From Ylistrum balloti (lineage: Eukaryota), in the NCBI RefSeq assembly GCF_031769215.1, contig NW_026781942.1, positions 3,348,001 to 3,412,000 on the forward strand: a DNA stretch of 64,000 nucleotides, given 5' to 3'. Positions 38,236-50,439 of this stretch are shown here, one piece after another. Positions within the stretch are counted from its first letter, which is position 1; each line of letters starts with the position of its first letter. The notes below the pieces were generated by a model that was not told the origin of the DNA, ran no database searches, and saw only the letters and a program-made list of their open reading frames with translations. A program made the position numbers and the translations under genes.

Positions 38236-41200
38236 TGTTGAAACGCTGTCAAAATTAACATCCAATTTTAATTGTCAATAATCTTTAAATTTTCAAAGAG
38301 ATAAGAATGTTGGAAACTGATTTTTCTACCCAATATTTTATTGTGGTTTTGCTCTAGGCTCTCTCATCATCAATTGAAACTCTGATATTTTAGTCATCAT
38401 TATAAGTGAAGTGTTTTCCTAACATTTCAAAAGGTCTATGAAAATAGCAAAAGTACCAAGAGATCTGGACTGGAGTCTGTTGAGGTAATTTATGGTTTAA
38501 ATCTCATAAAAATTCTTTAACACGCTGGTGGTAGCTTGAAGGGAATTCAATTAAGATGTGTAAACATCCTTAGGGAAACAAATATACAGATAGGATAAAA
38601 ACCATAAAAAACAAATATTTCTGGTATAAGATATGTGATCTCTTAACAAATCCATCGAGAAGTGTTTCAAATTGCCACAAAATATCTACAGTAATGCTCT
38701 AGATGTGTTTATGTTCTACAGAAATACAAGTCGTTATTACTGTTAGGATTTCAAAAGGAAAAATCTTCAAACAGATTGACGATCAGCTTTGTGTAATGTT
38801 TTCTTCATCTTTCTCCTTCCTTTAATGTGTGATCCTCGGCTGTATGTAGGTTTAGAGTTTGAATGCAAAGGGTTGATATATGATAGAAAGTAAAATGCGG
38901 TTTGATTATTCTGGGATTGATGCGAGTATTTGAAATATTGAAGATGTAAGGTATAAGCTATTTTAAGAGATAAGGAATTATCTGTAATATTCATATTTGA
39001 GTTATCTTTTTGACTCAGATATAGAAAAGTCAGTTTTATACAGTGTAGTAAGAGTTCTTGAATTTTGATGAGAATAAAATCCCTAATGCTGAAGTATTCT
39101 TGTCTATTTTCAAAATGTTTGAATATCTATTATGAGATGATGGCCTTTCTATTCAGTGACTACTGTCAAAGAATCAATTTCTTTGAGGCTCAAATTTTAT
39201 GGTTTTCCAAAAATATGCGTTTTTGTTGGCACCAAACTTTTTTGATAAATGTTGATCACAAAGTTAGCTTATACTACAATCCATGTCTACTTTATCTGTT
39301 TATATCATGGACATATAGATGGTGGTTAAGCATAGACCAATGAAAATAAATTCCCCACAAAACTGATTGTTTTTCAGTATATCCAAAACAATTTTGCATG
39401 TTGCACATTTGTTATATTACCTACTATGACACGAGGGGTTTGATGATGAAATGAGGTCACATGCTCAAAGATTACAATGTGACGTGACAAAGGAGACTAT
39501 AGGTACAGGAACAGAAATACATTATTTTCCAGAATAGTCAACCTTGTGATAAAAAGGATCTAATATTCTGTTTCCTTTTGATATGTGGTTTATAAAACTC
39601 TTTACAAATTTTTTTATTTTATCTAGCCAAAGGCTTGCTAAACTTAAGCTCCGTTCATAAATTACGTTATTGAATGGAAACTCAATAAGATTTTAAAAGC
39701 CTATGAAATTTGGAAGATAATTTTAATGAAGATTAAATTATGATTGCAATGTGTTTAAATTCTTAGGAATGTTTTGAAGATTTACATTTTTTGATTTTTT
39801 TTCTGTTTTATCTTACATAATTGATTAGGTTTCCTTGTAAACATATTTTCATAAGTTCTAAAAATTATAATTATCATATAATGTCTTTCAGATGAAAATG
39901 TGGAAACTTACTTCAGTAATAGACTTGGATTTAGAAAATGACTTATTTGTTCTTGAATGTCTTTGGCATTCACCACAAAATTTAAGTTATATTTAATATG
40001 ATGTTTGGGCAGATCAGTGCTAATGACTTTCATGATCAGCAACATCTGGAATGGAAAAGAGAAGAGTTTTATGTATTTGTAATTATAAGCTAACTATTTA
40101 GTAGTTAATGGTTTTCATTTAAGCATTAATTCATTCCTATGTCTCAGAAATAGTTTTAAACATAAAAACTATTGATAATTTCATTTATTTTTCCAACTTG
40201 TATATTAATTTGTATACATTTTTTTCATTTATAGAAGTTGAGTCATTCCTTGAAGATAGGAATCTTGGATATTATTAGTAGTATTTAGTGAATTTGTAAA
40301 TGATTTGATTATGAAAGTCATGTTTCAGTGAGTCAGTTATAGGGGAGATATACTGAAGCCAAGGGAGGTAATTCAGTACATCCTCATAGGATGATGCTTG
40401 CATATTTCTTTGAGACAAATTAGATAATGGAGAACTATAATATATCAATTGGGAACAGTATGAAAGTTGGACTTCTAATGTCATTCACTTCTGGTGTAGG
40501 AGTCTTTATTAATGGAAGTGATAATTTAAATGACTAAATGTGTTAGTAGTGATTAGGTGTTAAGAATTGTAGTGAATAACTCAAAATAGAATGTACCAGG
40601 TAGGACTCCTTTATTTTTTTTTTTTTTATTATCTTTAAAAATTTGTTTGATATCTTTCAGATAGTCAAAACTATCTGATTTCTTCTCTGGATAAAAAAAA
40701 GGGAAATAAAAAAAATCTTTGTCTAGGCAAGCAATAGGCCTACAATAGAGTGTTATTTATTTGGCTTTGGAATAGTGCTTTGTCGTAAAAGGGAGAAAAA
40801 AACATTGTTTAATATGGAATAGATAAAATTTAGTGGCACTAGATTCCTTCAAATAAAATATATCATTGATTACTTATTTCAGAAGATTGAAATCTGTGGT
40901 TGTGTTAGTTTTATTGGTCTAACAGAGTAAATAAACATATCTTAAATGACAGTGTTCTTAGGAGTAAATAAAAGGCTTCATTACAGATAATTATTCCAGA
41001 AAGTTTGTTCTCAACTAGAAAATAATTGCTGTGGTTTATTTATAATGTTTAGCTACTGTTAAGATTAAGACACATTTACTTTTCCTTCCCAAATCCTGCT
41101 GATGTATTACGATAAAAATTCACTAAACAAGACCCAGATATAGAATTTTGTATAAATTTCACAAGAGTGCATACTTCTTACTAGAAGTTTTCTTTGTGCT

Positions 41201-42087
41201 GTACATGATTTTAGAGATGAAGGATGATGAGGAAAATTTGATTGGTTTAACCTCTCCTGTTTTGAATACCCCACACAGTTTTTACAGAGAATTATCATGA
41301 GGAGATATTGCAGTATTAAGAATGCCAAAATCTACAGGATGGATTAGATTTACAAGAGTACAACAACAAGGGTTCAGAATTTTACGGTGGAAATTTGAAT
41401 TTTATGTTTTAAAGATACAAGGTTATCTGTTTCTCTTTGAATAATTGGAGGTGCTTTCTGATAAATCTTCATAACAAAGATACTGTGTATATTCTGTAAA
41501 TTGTGTGAAGTGCAGTTTGATTAGAAAATCCTTCCGAGATCCGACTGCATATGAATCACCTGCAGTTCTGTATCACAGGGTGTTTTGAGATAATCAGTAT
41601 CATATTGCGGTACAATTGTGGCTCCATGCCTTTTTTCAATTTTTGGAAGAAGTCTTCTCTGTTGCATCAGTTCCTGTTGTGTAGACAAAATGTCTGCCAC
41701 ATGTAAACTGAGCTTCACCCTAATGTTTCCTAACTTAGTGAAATGATACTAAAATAGAGTCATTTTCATATTTAGTCATGATGAGCAGCAACGCTGTTTT
41801 CTCTTTACAAATCTATAGACAATAATTAGTCTTAACAGTATCAGAGGTACTGTGCCAACTTTCACTTTATACATGTTGTTTGATAAATGTTTCTTGTCAA
41901 ATTGTAACTGATAATGAAATTTATTTGTGGGAAGTAATGTTATATGTTGATATGAGGTTCTTATTGGTAAAGGCTGAAATGGAGGATTGTAGGAGACTAT
42001 GAATAAAATGACAAAGTAAACTCTCAAATAGTGCTTTTTTTTCTTTGTCTGGTGTGATAATTTGCTGTTGGCAAGATTTAAACTTTA

Positions 42088-45000
42088 CTTCCCCTCCCAA
42101 CTCGCCCCCTCACTTTCTGTCTCCACTCTCCTCTCAACTCTACCCCCTCTCTTTCGATCTCCATTCCCCTCCCAACTCGCCCCATCCCTTTACATCTACA
42201 TCCCCCTCCTAACCTGCCCCCTCCCTTTCTGTCTCCATTCCCCTCCCAACTCACCCCTCCCTTTCTGTCTACATTCCCCTCCCAACTCGCCCCCTCCCAT
42301 TCTGTCTCCATTCCCCTCCCAACTCGCCCCCTCCCTTTTCGTCTCCATTCCCCTCCCAACTCGCCCCTTCCCTTTCTGTCTCCACTCCCCTCTTAACTTT
42401 TCCCCCTCTTTTTCTGTCTTCATTCCCCTCCCAACTCGCCCCCTCCCTTTCTGTCTCCATTCCCCTCCCAACTCGCCCCCTCTCTTTCTGTCTCCACTCC
42501 CCTCTTAACTTTTCCCCCTCTTTTTCTGTCTCCATTCCCCTCCCAACTCGCCCCCTCTCTTTCTGTCTCCACTCCCCTCTTAACTTTTCCCCCTCTTTTT
42601 CTGTCTCCATTCCCCTCCCTACTCGCCCCCTCCCTTTCTGTCTCCATTCCCTTCCCAACTTGCCCCCTCCCTTTCTGTCTCCATTCCCCTCCCAACTCAC
42701 CCCCTCCCTTTCTGTCTCCACTCCCCTCTTTACTTTTCCCCCTCTTTTTCTGTCTCCATTCCCCTCCCTACTCGCCCCCTCCCTTTCTGTCTCCATTCCC
42801 TTCCCAACTTGCCCCCTCCCTTTCTGTCTCCATTCCCCTCCCAACTCGCCCCCTCCCATTTTGTCTCCATTCCCCTCCCAACTCGCCCCCTCACTTTTTA
42901 TCTCCACTCTCCTCTCAACTCTCCCCCCTCTCTTTCGATCTCCATTCCCCTCCCAACTCGCCCCATCCCTTTACATCTACATCCCCCTCCTAACCTGCCC
43001 CCTCCCTTTCTGTCTCCATTCCCCTCCCAACTCACCCCTCCCTTCCTGTCTACATTCCCCTCCCAACTCGCCCCCTCCCATTCTGTCTCCATTCCCCTCC
43101 CAACTCACCCCTCCCTTCCTGTCTACATTCCCCTCCCAACTCGCCCCCTCCCTTTCTGTCTCCATTCCCCTCCCAACTCGCTCCTTCCCTTTCTGTCTCC
43201 ACTCCCCTCTTAACTTATCCCCCTCTTTTTCTGTCTCCATTCCCCTCCCAACTCGCCCCCTCCCTTTCTGTCTCCATTCCCCTCCCAACTCGCCCCCTCC
43301 CTTTCTGTCTCCACTCCCCTCTTAACTTTTCCCCCTCTTTTTCTGTCTCCATTCCCCTCCCTACTCACCCCATCCCTTTCTGTCTCCATCCCCCTCCTAA
43401 CCTGCCCCCTCCCTTTCTGTCTCCATTCCCCTCCCAACTCACCCCCTCCCTTTCTGTCTCCACTCCCCTCTTTACTTTTCCTCCTCTTTTTCTGTCTCCA
43501 TTCCCCTACCAACACGCCCCCTCCCTTTCTGTCTCCACTCCCCTCTTAACTTTTCCCCCTCTTTTTCTGTCTCCATTCCCCTACCAACTCACGCCTCCCT
43601 TTCTGTCTCCATTCCCCTCCCAACTTGCCCCCTCCCTTTCTGTCTCCATTCCCCTCCCAACTCACCCCCTCCCTTTCTGTCTCCATTCTCCTCCCAACTC
43701 GCCCCCTCCCTTTCTGTCTCCATTCCCCTCCCTACTCACCCCATCCCTTTACATCTACATCCTCCTAACCTGCCCCCTCCCTTTCTGTCTCCATTCCTCT
43801 CCCAACTCGCCCCCTCCCTTTCTGTCTCCATTCTCCTCCCAACTCGCTCCCTCCCTTTCTGTCTCCATTCCCCTCCCTACTTGCCCCATCCCTTTCTGTC
43901 TCCATTCTCCTCCCAACTCGCCCCCTCCCTTTCTGTCTCCATTCCCCTCCCAACTCGCCCCTCCCATTCTGTCTCTATTCCCCTCCCAACTTTCCCCCTC
44001 CCTTTCTGTCTCCATTCCCCTCCCTACTCACCCCATCCCTTTCTGTCTCCATTCTCCTCCCAACTCGCCCCATCCCTTTCTGTCTCCATTCTCCTCCCAA
44101 CTCGCCCCCTCCCTTTCTGTCTCCATTCCCCTCCCTACTCGCCCCATCCCTTTACATCTACATCCCCTCCTAACCTGCCCCCTCCCTTTCTGTCTCCATT
44201 CCCCTACCAACTCGCCCCCTCCCTTTCTGTCCCCATTCTCCTCCCAACTCGCTCCCTCCCTTTCTGTCTCCATTCCCCTCCCTACTTGCCCCATCCCTTT
44301 CTGTCTCCATTCTCCTCCCAACTCGCCCCCTCCCTTTCTGTCTCCATTCCCCTCCCAACTCGCCCCTCCCATTCTGTCTCCATTCCCCTCCCAACTTTCC
44401 CCCTCCCTTTCTGTCTCCATTCCCCTCCCTACTCACCCCATCCCTTTCTGTCTCCATTCTCCTCCCAACTCACCCCCTCCCTTTCTGTCTCCATTCCCCT
44501 CCCAACTCGCCCCCTCCCTTTCTGTCTCCATTCCCCTCCCTACTTGCCCCATCCCTTTACATCTACATCCCCCTCCTAACCTGCCCCCTCCCTTTCTGTC
44601 TCCATTCCCCTCCCAACTCGCCCCCTCCCTTTCTGTCTCCATTCCCCTCCCTACTTGCCCCATCCCTTTACATCTACATTCCCCTCCTAACCTGCCCCCT
44701 CCCTTTCTGTCTCCATTCCCCTACCAACTCGCCCCCTCCCTTTCTGTCTCCATTCCCCTCCCGCCTCGCCCCATCCCTTTACATCTACATCCCCCTCCTA
44801 ACCTGCCCCCTCCCTTTCTGTCTCCGTTCCCCTCCCAACTTGCCCCCTCCCTTTCTGTCTCCATTCCCCTACCAACTCGCCCCCTCCCTTTCTGTCTCCA
44901 TTCCCCTCCCAACTCGCCCCTCCCTTTCTGTCTCCATTCTCCTCCCTACTCGCTCCCTCCCTTTCTGTCTCCATTCCCCTCCCAACTCGCTCCCTCCCTT

Positions 45001-46150
45001 TCTGTCTCCATTCCCCTCCCAACTCGCTCCCTCCCTTTCTGTCTCCATTCCCCTCCCTACTTGCCCCATCCCTTTCTGTCTCCATTCTCCTCCCAACTTG
45101 CCCCCTCCCTTTCTGTCTCCATTCCCCTCCCAACTCGCCCCCTCCCTTTCTGTCTCCATTCCCCTCCCAACTCGCCCCTCCCTTTCTGTCTCCATTCCCC
45201 TCCCTACTCGCCCCATCCCTTTACATCTATATCCCCCTCCTAACCTGCCCCCTCCCTTTCTGTCTCCATTCCCCTCCCTACTCGCCCCCTCCCTTTCTGT
45301 CTCCATTCCCCTCCCAACTCGCCCCCTCCCTTTCTGTCTCCATTCCCCTCCCTACTTGCCCCATCCCTTTACATCTACATCCCCCTCCTAACCTGCCCCC
45401 TCCCTTTCTGTCTCCATTCCCCTACCAACTCGCCCCCTCCCTTTCTGTCTCCACTCTCCTCTCAACTCTCCCCCCTCCCTTTTTGTCTCCATTCCCCTAC
45501 CAACTCGCCCCTCCCTTTCTGTCTCCATTCCCCTCCCAACTCGCCCCCTCCCTTTCTGTCTCCATTCCCCTCCCTACTTGCCCCATCCCTTTACATCTAC
45601 ATCCCCCTCCTAACCTGCCCCCTCCCTTTCTGTCTCCATTCCCCTACCAACTCGCCCCCTCCCTTTCTGTCTGCATTCCCCTCCCGCCTCGCCCCATCCC
45701 TTTACATCTACATCCCCCTCCTAACCTGCCCCCTCCCTTTCTGTCTCCATTCCCCTCCCAACTTGCCCCCTCCCTTTCTGTCTCCACTCTCCTCTCAACT
45801 CTCCCCCCTCCCTTTCTGTCTCCGTTTCCCTCCCAACTTGCCCCCTCCCTTTCTGTCTCCACTCTCCTCTCAACTCTCCCCCCTCCCTTTTTGTCTCCAT
45901 TCCCCTACCAACTCGCCCCCTTCCTTTCTGTCTCCATTCCCCTCCCGCCTCGCCCCATCCCTTTACATCTATATCCCCCTCCTAATTTGCCCCCTCCCTT
46001 TCTGTCTCCATTCCCCTACCAACTTGCCCCCTCCCTTTCTGTCTCCATTCCCCTCCCAACTCGCCCCCTCCCTTTACATCTATATCCCCCTCCTAACTTG
46101 CCCCCTCCCTTTCTGTCTCCATTCCCCTGCCAACTCGCCCCCTCCCTTTC
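42088..46150. repeat. ~4 kb polypyrimidine/polypurine 37 bp minisatellite (~110 units, several variant types)
   Basis: Unit cccctcccaactcgccccctccctttctgtctccatt, with variants (cccatccctttacatctacatccccctcctaacctg; ccactcccctcttaacttttccc). Block duplication marked by tttcgatctcc at 42155 and 42936. Confidence 0.97.
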
Positions 46151-46382
46151 TCTCTTCTAGACTCAAACCTTCCCTGTTTCTATCTATTCCCTTCTTCATC
46201 TTCACCACCTACATGAGCACTGCCCCAGAGTGCTGTTGTAGATAAGAAATATGACAAGACATTCATCACTTGAGTAACTATATATGTATACTGTGTTGTT
46301 TGGATTCTTGGGATTATTTTTGCATGAAGGTCTTGTACCCACAATTAATCATTGGATTCCTTTTTCTTTCAATCTTTCTTTA

Positions 46383-46672
46383 ATTATGCCCGGGGACCAA
46401 GATTTGGGGCATATTGTTTTTGGACTGTCTGTCGTCAAATTTAACCTTGCCCATAACTATTGGTAGGGCTTTTATATGTGGCATGTGTATTCCTTATGAC
46501 AAGACCTTTTTTTGACCATGTGAGCTTGACCTTTGACCTACAGTTGGGAAACTTAAAACTATTTCACAAAGTATTCATGCAATAAGCATATCCCTTGCAT
46601 GGTACAGATTTGATGCCCCACTTCAGAATTTTGTTTCAGCCAGGGGCATCATGTTTCATAAACACATCTTGT
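46383..46672 (-). mobile_element. Non-autonomous Helentron/HINE-like element
   Basis: Minus-strand 5' end aaacaagatgtgtttatgaaacatgatgcccc, terminal hairpin atgcccggggaccaagatttggggcat, short tgtc microsatellite remnant and gaccttgacc core: the classic oyster/bivalve HINE layout. Confidence 0.65.
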
Positions 46673-48892
46673 TTATCATATCATATCATATCTCTTCCTT
46701 TTCTCCAGGTGTCTTTTTTCCTTTCTGAATATGTCCAAGTCATTCTAATATGAGGGTTAAAATTTTTTACAGATCAACTTATTTCACATTCATTGTTTTA
46801 GAAAAATTGACCAAACACTGTGGAATGAAGGAAAATAACTATACATGCATGATGTTGTATTCCATTGCATTTCTTATGACCTTTCTTTGACATATTTAGT
46901 TTAATCCTATTACACAAATATCTTAATGTTATTTCCATTTTACAATAGATTCTTTTAATTATGAGATATTTGAATTAGTACATTTTTGGGATTCTGAATT
47001 TCATTTACTACAGTGTTGTATGTGTGTCAATGTTATTTCCTTCAAGAGAATTTTTGTTTTTTTTTTAGTATACTATCAGTAGAGATAGATTAAGTAAATA
47101 CATTTAAGGCATTTAATTCATACCACAGAAACTAGGTTACTAAGAATTGGCCACCAGTCTTGGTTATCAGGCTAGTGTCCAGGTCATGATGTCAATGTTT
47201 GTGACATAGCCTTTAACTTATTTGAACTTGGGTAACAATTGCTTGACCACTGATTTCACTGTCCATTCAGCTCTGATGACCTATGCTGTTTCAAAACACC
47301 TCTGGTGACCCCTTCAGCTCTTGATTTCTTTTGACTTATAATGACCTTTAGTTGACCCAAACAAATATGTTGACCTTTGATGAATGTTGCTATTGACTAA
47401 CCACCTGTGTTGATTAAGTAAATAAACAGTGATGTAAGAATTACATGTGCTGTAGTCTAAATCAGTGCCAGTAAATACCCCAACAACCATTCCATGTCTC
47501 TCCAGAGGATGCAGAATGTCAGTTTATTATCAGCCTAGTGTTTCTGTTGCATATTTATACCCTGAATGTCAGACATCACTTTCCATATGGATTCAGATTC
47601 CTTTCATACTTGTTGGATACAGTAATGATGTGACCTTTGACCTGTGTTTCAGGTTAGAGGGTCAAAGGTCACATTGGACTGCTAATTTGCATGAGAGTCC
47701 TGTTTTGTTTCTTTTTTTTTCATTTTTACTGTTTTATAATTTTGAAAACGTCATCAATCTTACTGTAGGTTTAGTATGAAAGCCTTTGGCAGAGTTCTGG
47801 TATCTGGTTAACACTTAATAGGTAATCTAACAGAGACTGCAGATAGTGATTAATGTATCTTATCTTATCTACTAAGCACACCATGTGCTTTCAGAATTAC
47901 TAATAATGGTTTGCAAAAAAATCCTTTTTACAAACAAAGTTTTTCATATGAAATTCATTAAGGCTTGAAACCTAAGTAGAAGAATTTTAAAGAATAACAG
48001 CAGATATGACTCATACTGCATGTGAGGAAAAGAGGTGAAAATTTGTTATCTTTTATTTTTTCTTTGTTTTGGGGGTGTGGTGAGGGGAAGGGGGTTTGGA
48101 TACTAAAGCTCAATCCTCATGCTCAGAAAAGAGGTTAAGGTGTGCTTATCAGTGCAGGGGTGATAATTAGGTAAGCAAAACCACATGTTTTTTTTCTGTT
48201 CAGGCCAGCATAAAGATACTGATCCTATTACATTTCTTATCAGGAAGTTTATTTCCATTAACTAATGGAGAGTCTGAAATATATATTTATTTGTTTATTT
48301 ATCTATTTATATGTTATTTATTCATTTGATCTTTTAGCAACCTTTATGTATAGATTAATTCAATTTCATTGGAAAAGATTAGGATTATTTTTAGAAATAA
48401 AAATATAGCACATGTATATATAATTGTAAATAAAAGAAGTCCAATCTCTTCTAAAGTGAAACATTAAAATAAAGTAAAAAAAACAAAGGAAAAATAATAA
48501 AAAGCATATGGTGATCTCCATATTGATTTTTGTTGATTTTAACAAATCATGGTGACTAACATAGCTGACTGTCAGGGTCTCTGTCAATATAGAATTTTAC
48601 ACAGCAAGAATTACAAACAATGTGAGATGAAGTTATGAAGAAATTGCCACCACCTTTGATATTTCTGAGAGATCTGGGAGATCAATTACAAGGTTATCAA
48701 AGTACTTATAGAGTGATAACAGGTCACATACAGTGATACAGAATAGACGTGTGGACATGTACAGTATAACAGAAATCAAGAAAATCTTATGTATACACTC
48801 TCCTTACATTGCAATTTTAAATGTCATTGCCTCATGAAAGTCATATTTTTTCTTCACTTATTTTAGCTTATACTTAAAAAGAAACCTGTCCT

Positions 48893-49517
48893 TTATCATC
48901 CCCGGCCATCAAAGTTGACGTGGGAATATTCAAATGGGTTCCATCTGTATGTCCTTCGGTCGTTCTGTCCGTCCATCCTTCCATTCATCCTTCTGTCCAT
49001 CTGGATGTTGCTTTCTGTATGATATCTTTTGAAGGACTGGTCGGATTTTGATGAAACCTGGTTAGCACACTTATTACCTTAATCCCTTGTACAAGTTTGA
49101 TTAACAGCAAATTCTTCACATATTTAATGAGGCTGCTGTAATCTGATTGGCTGATTTCTTTAATCAATCTCAGATGCTGCTTTCCACATGATATCTTTTG
49201 AAGGACTGGTCAGATTTTTAGGAAACCTTGTTGGGCACTTGTTACCTTAATCCCTTGTCAATGTTTGATTAACGGCAAATTCCGTTCATATTAAATGAGG
49301 CTGCTGTGACCTGTTTTGCTGATTTCTTTATAACTCTATGGGAAATCTTTCTGCAAATGATCTGATACAGGAATGATAAAAACTTTCTATGCATATTTTA
49401 TGAGGCTGCTGTGACCTGATTGTCAGATATCTTTATCAGTTTTCCTGGTTGCTCACTAAAAATGCATTTATTTTGCAAATGAACGTGGGTGGCGGATCTT
49501 GATGACGTTGTCCTTGT
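48893..49517 (-). mobile_element. HINE-like element with ~169 bp core repeats
   Basis: Terminal hairpin atccccggccatcaaagttgacgtggg, (tccg/tcca)n microsatellite, and core gatatcttttgaaggactggtc at 49021 and 49190 plus a partial third copy. Confidence 0.6.
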
Positions 49518-49567
49518 CTATGGTTGTATGGTTTTAGAAAATATACTTTTGATGTTTTTTTATGACA

Positions 49568-50089
49568 TTTTTAGCTCACCTGGCCCAAGGCTTGTCTGTC
49601 AACTTTCACTGCATATTGCAACTATTCATGAACAACGAAGTAGATTTTAATCAAATTGGGTCTGAAGCATCCTTAGGGAAAGGTGAACCAATCTATGTAA
49701 ATTGTTGGCCTTGCCTGCCCAGGGCCCGAGGGGCAGGGCAAAATAGGGAAATTCAATGAATTTTTTAAAAATCTATCTTGTCCTTAGGAATTGCAGGATA
49801 TTGTCCAAAATTGGTCTGAAGCATGCTTGGGTGAAGAGAAGCCAGGTCTGGTGACACCAAAGGATAGATTATTTCTTTGAAGCCATTGAGATTATCATCC
49901 CATAACTTAATAGCATAACTGGACATCAAGAGATTAACAACTGATCTCTGTCCCCACCCCTTGGGAATTTGAAGCTGTATCTGTGGGATGAGGCTCATTA
50001 GGAAAATATTTTCCTTCTAAAAAATGTAAAGTTTTGCTATACTGATTTAAATATCCAGGTGAGCAATACAAGCCCTCTGGACCTCTTGT
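49568..50089 (-). mobile_element. HINE-like element, both ends present
   Basis: Minus-strand start acaagaggtccagagggcttgtattgctcacctgg and end ccttgggccaggtgagctaaaaa; the subterminal gctcacctgg / ccaggtgagc pair is inverted. Confidence 0.65.
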
Positions 50090-50439
50090 AATTTTATACC
50101 TGTTATGCAGAAAATTGTCCACTGACTTCCATTACAAGTCAATTTTTTAGATTGAGTTATCTCCCTTGCCACATTTTGTCAGTTTTATTCACCATATAGC
50201 TGAAAGAAAACCTGTATAGACCAGACGTCTGACTCTGTATAAAAGATAAGGAGGGGGATCAGAGTTTAGGAAGGAGGATAGGATCAGTGTTGGAGTTTCT
50301 ATTTCAGGGAGTGGGTTAGATCAGGGTTGGAGTTTCAGTTTTAGGGAAGAGTTTGGTTAAGTGTTGGGGTTTCATGTTAAGAGAGGGGGATAGGATCAGG
50401 GCTTGGGTTTCAGTTTTAGGGAAGGGAATTGATCAGTGT

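Noticed and set aside
42062-46245. Many 90-230 aa ORFs (PPPFLSPFPSQL..., METEREGASWEGNGDRKGG...) resembling extensin or Gly/Arg-rich proteins
   Set aside because: They are translations of the 37 bp minisatellite, open in several frames on both strands, with no splice or Kozak support; the period is not a multiple of 3.
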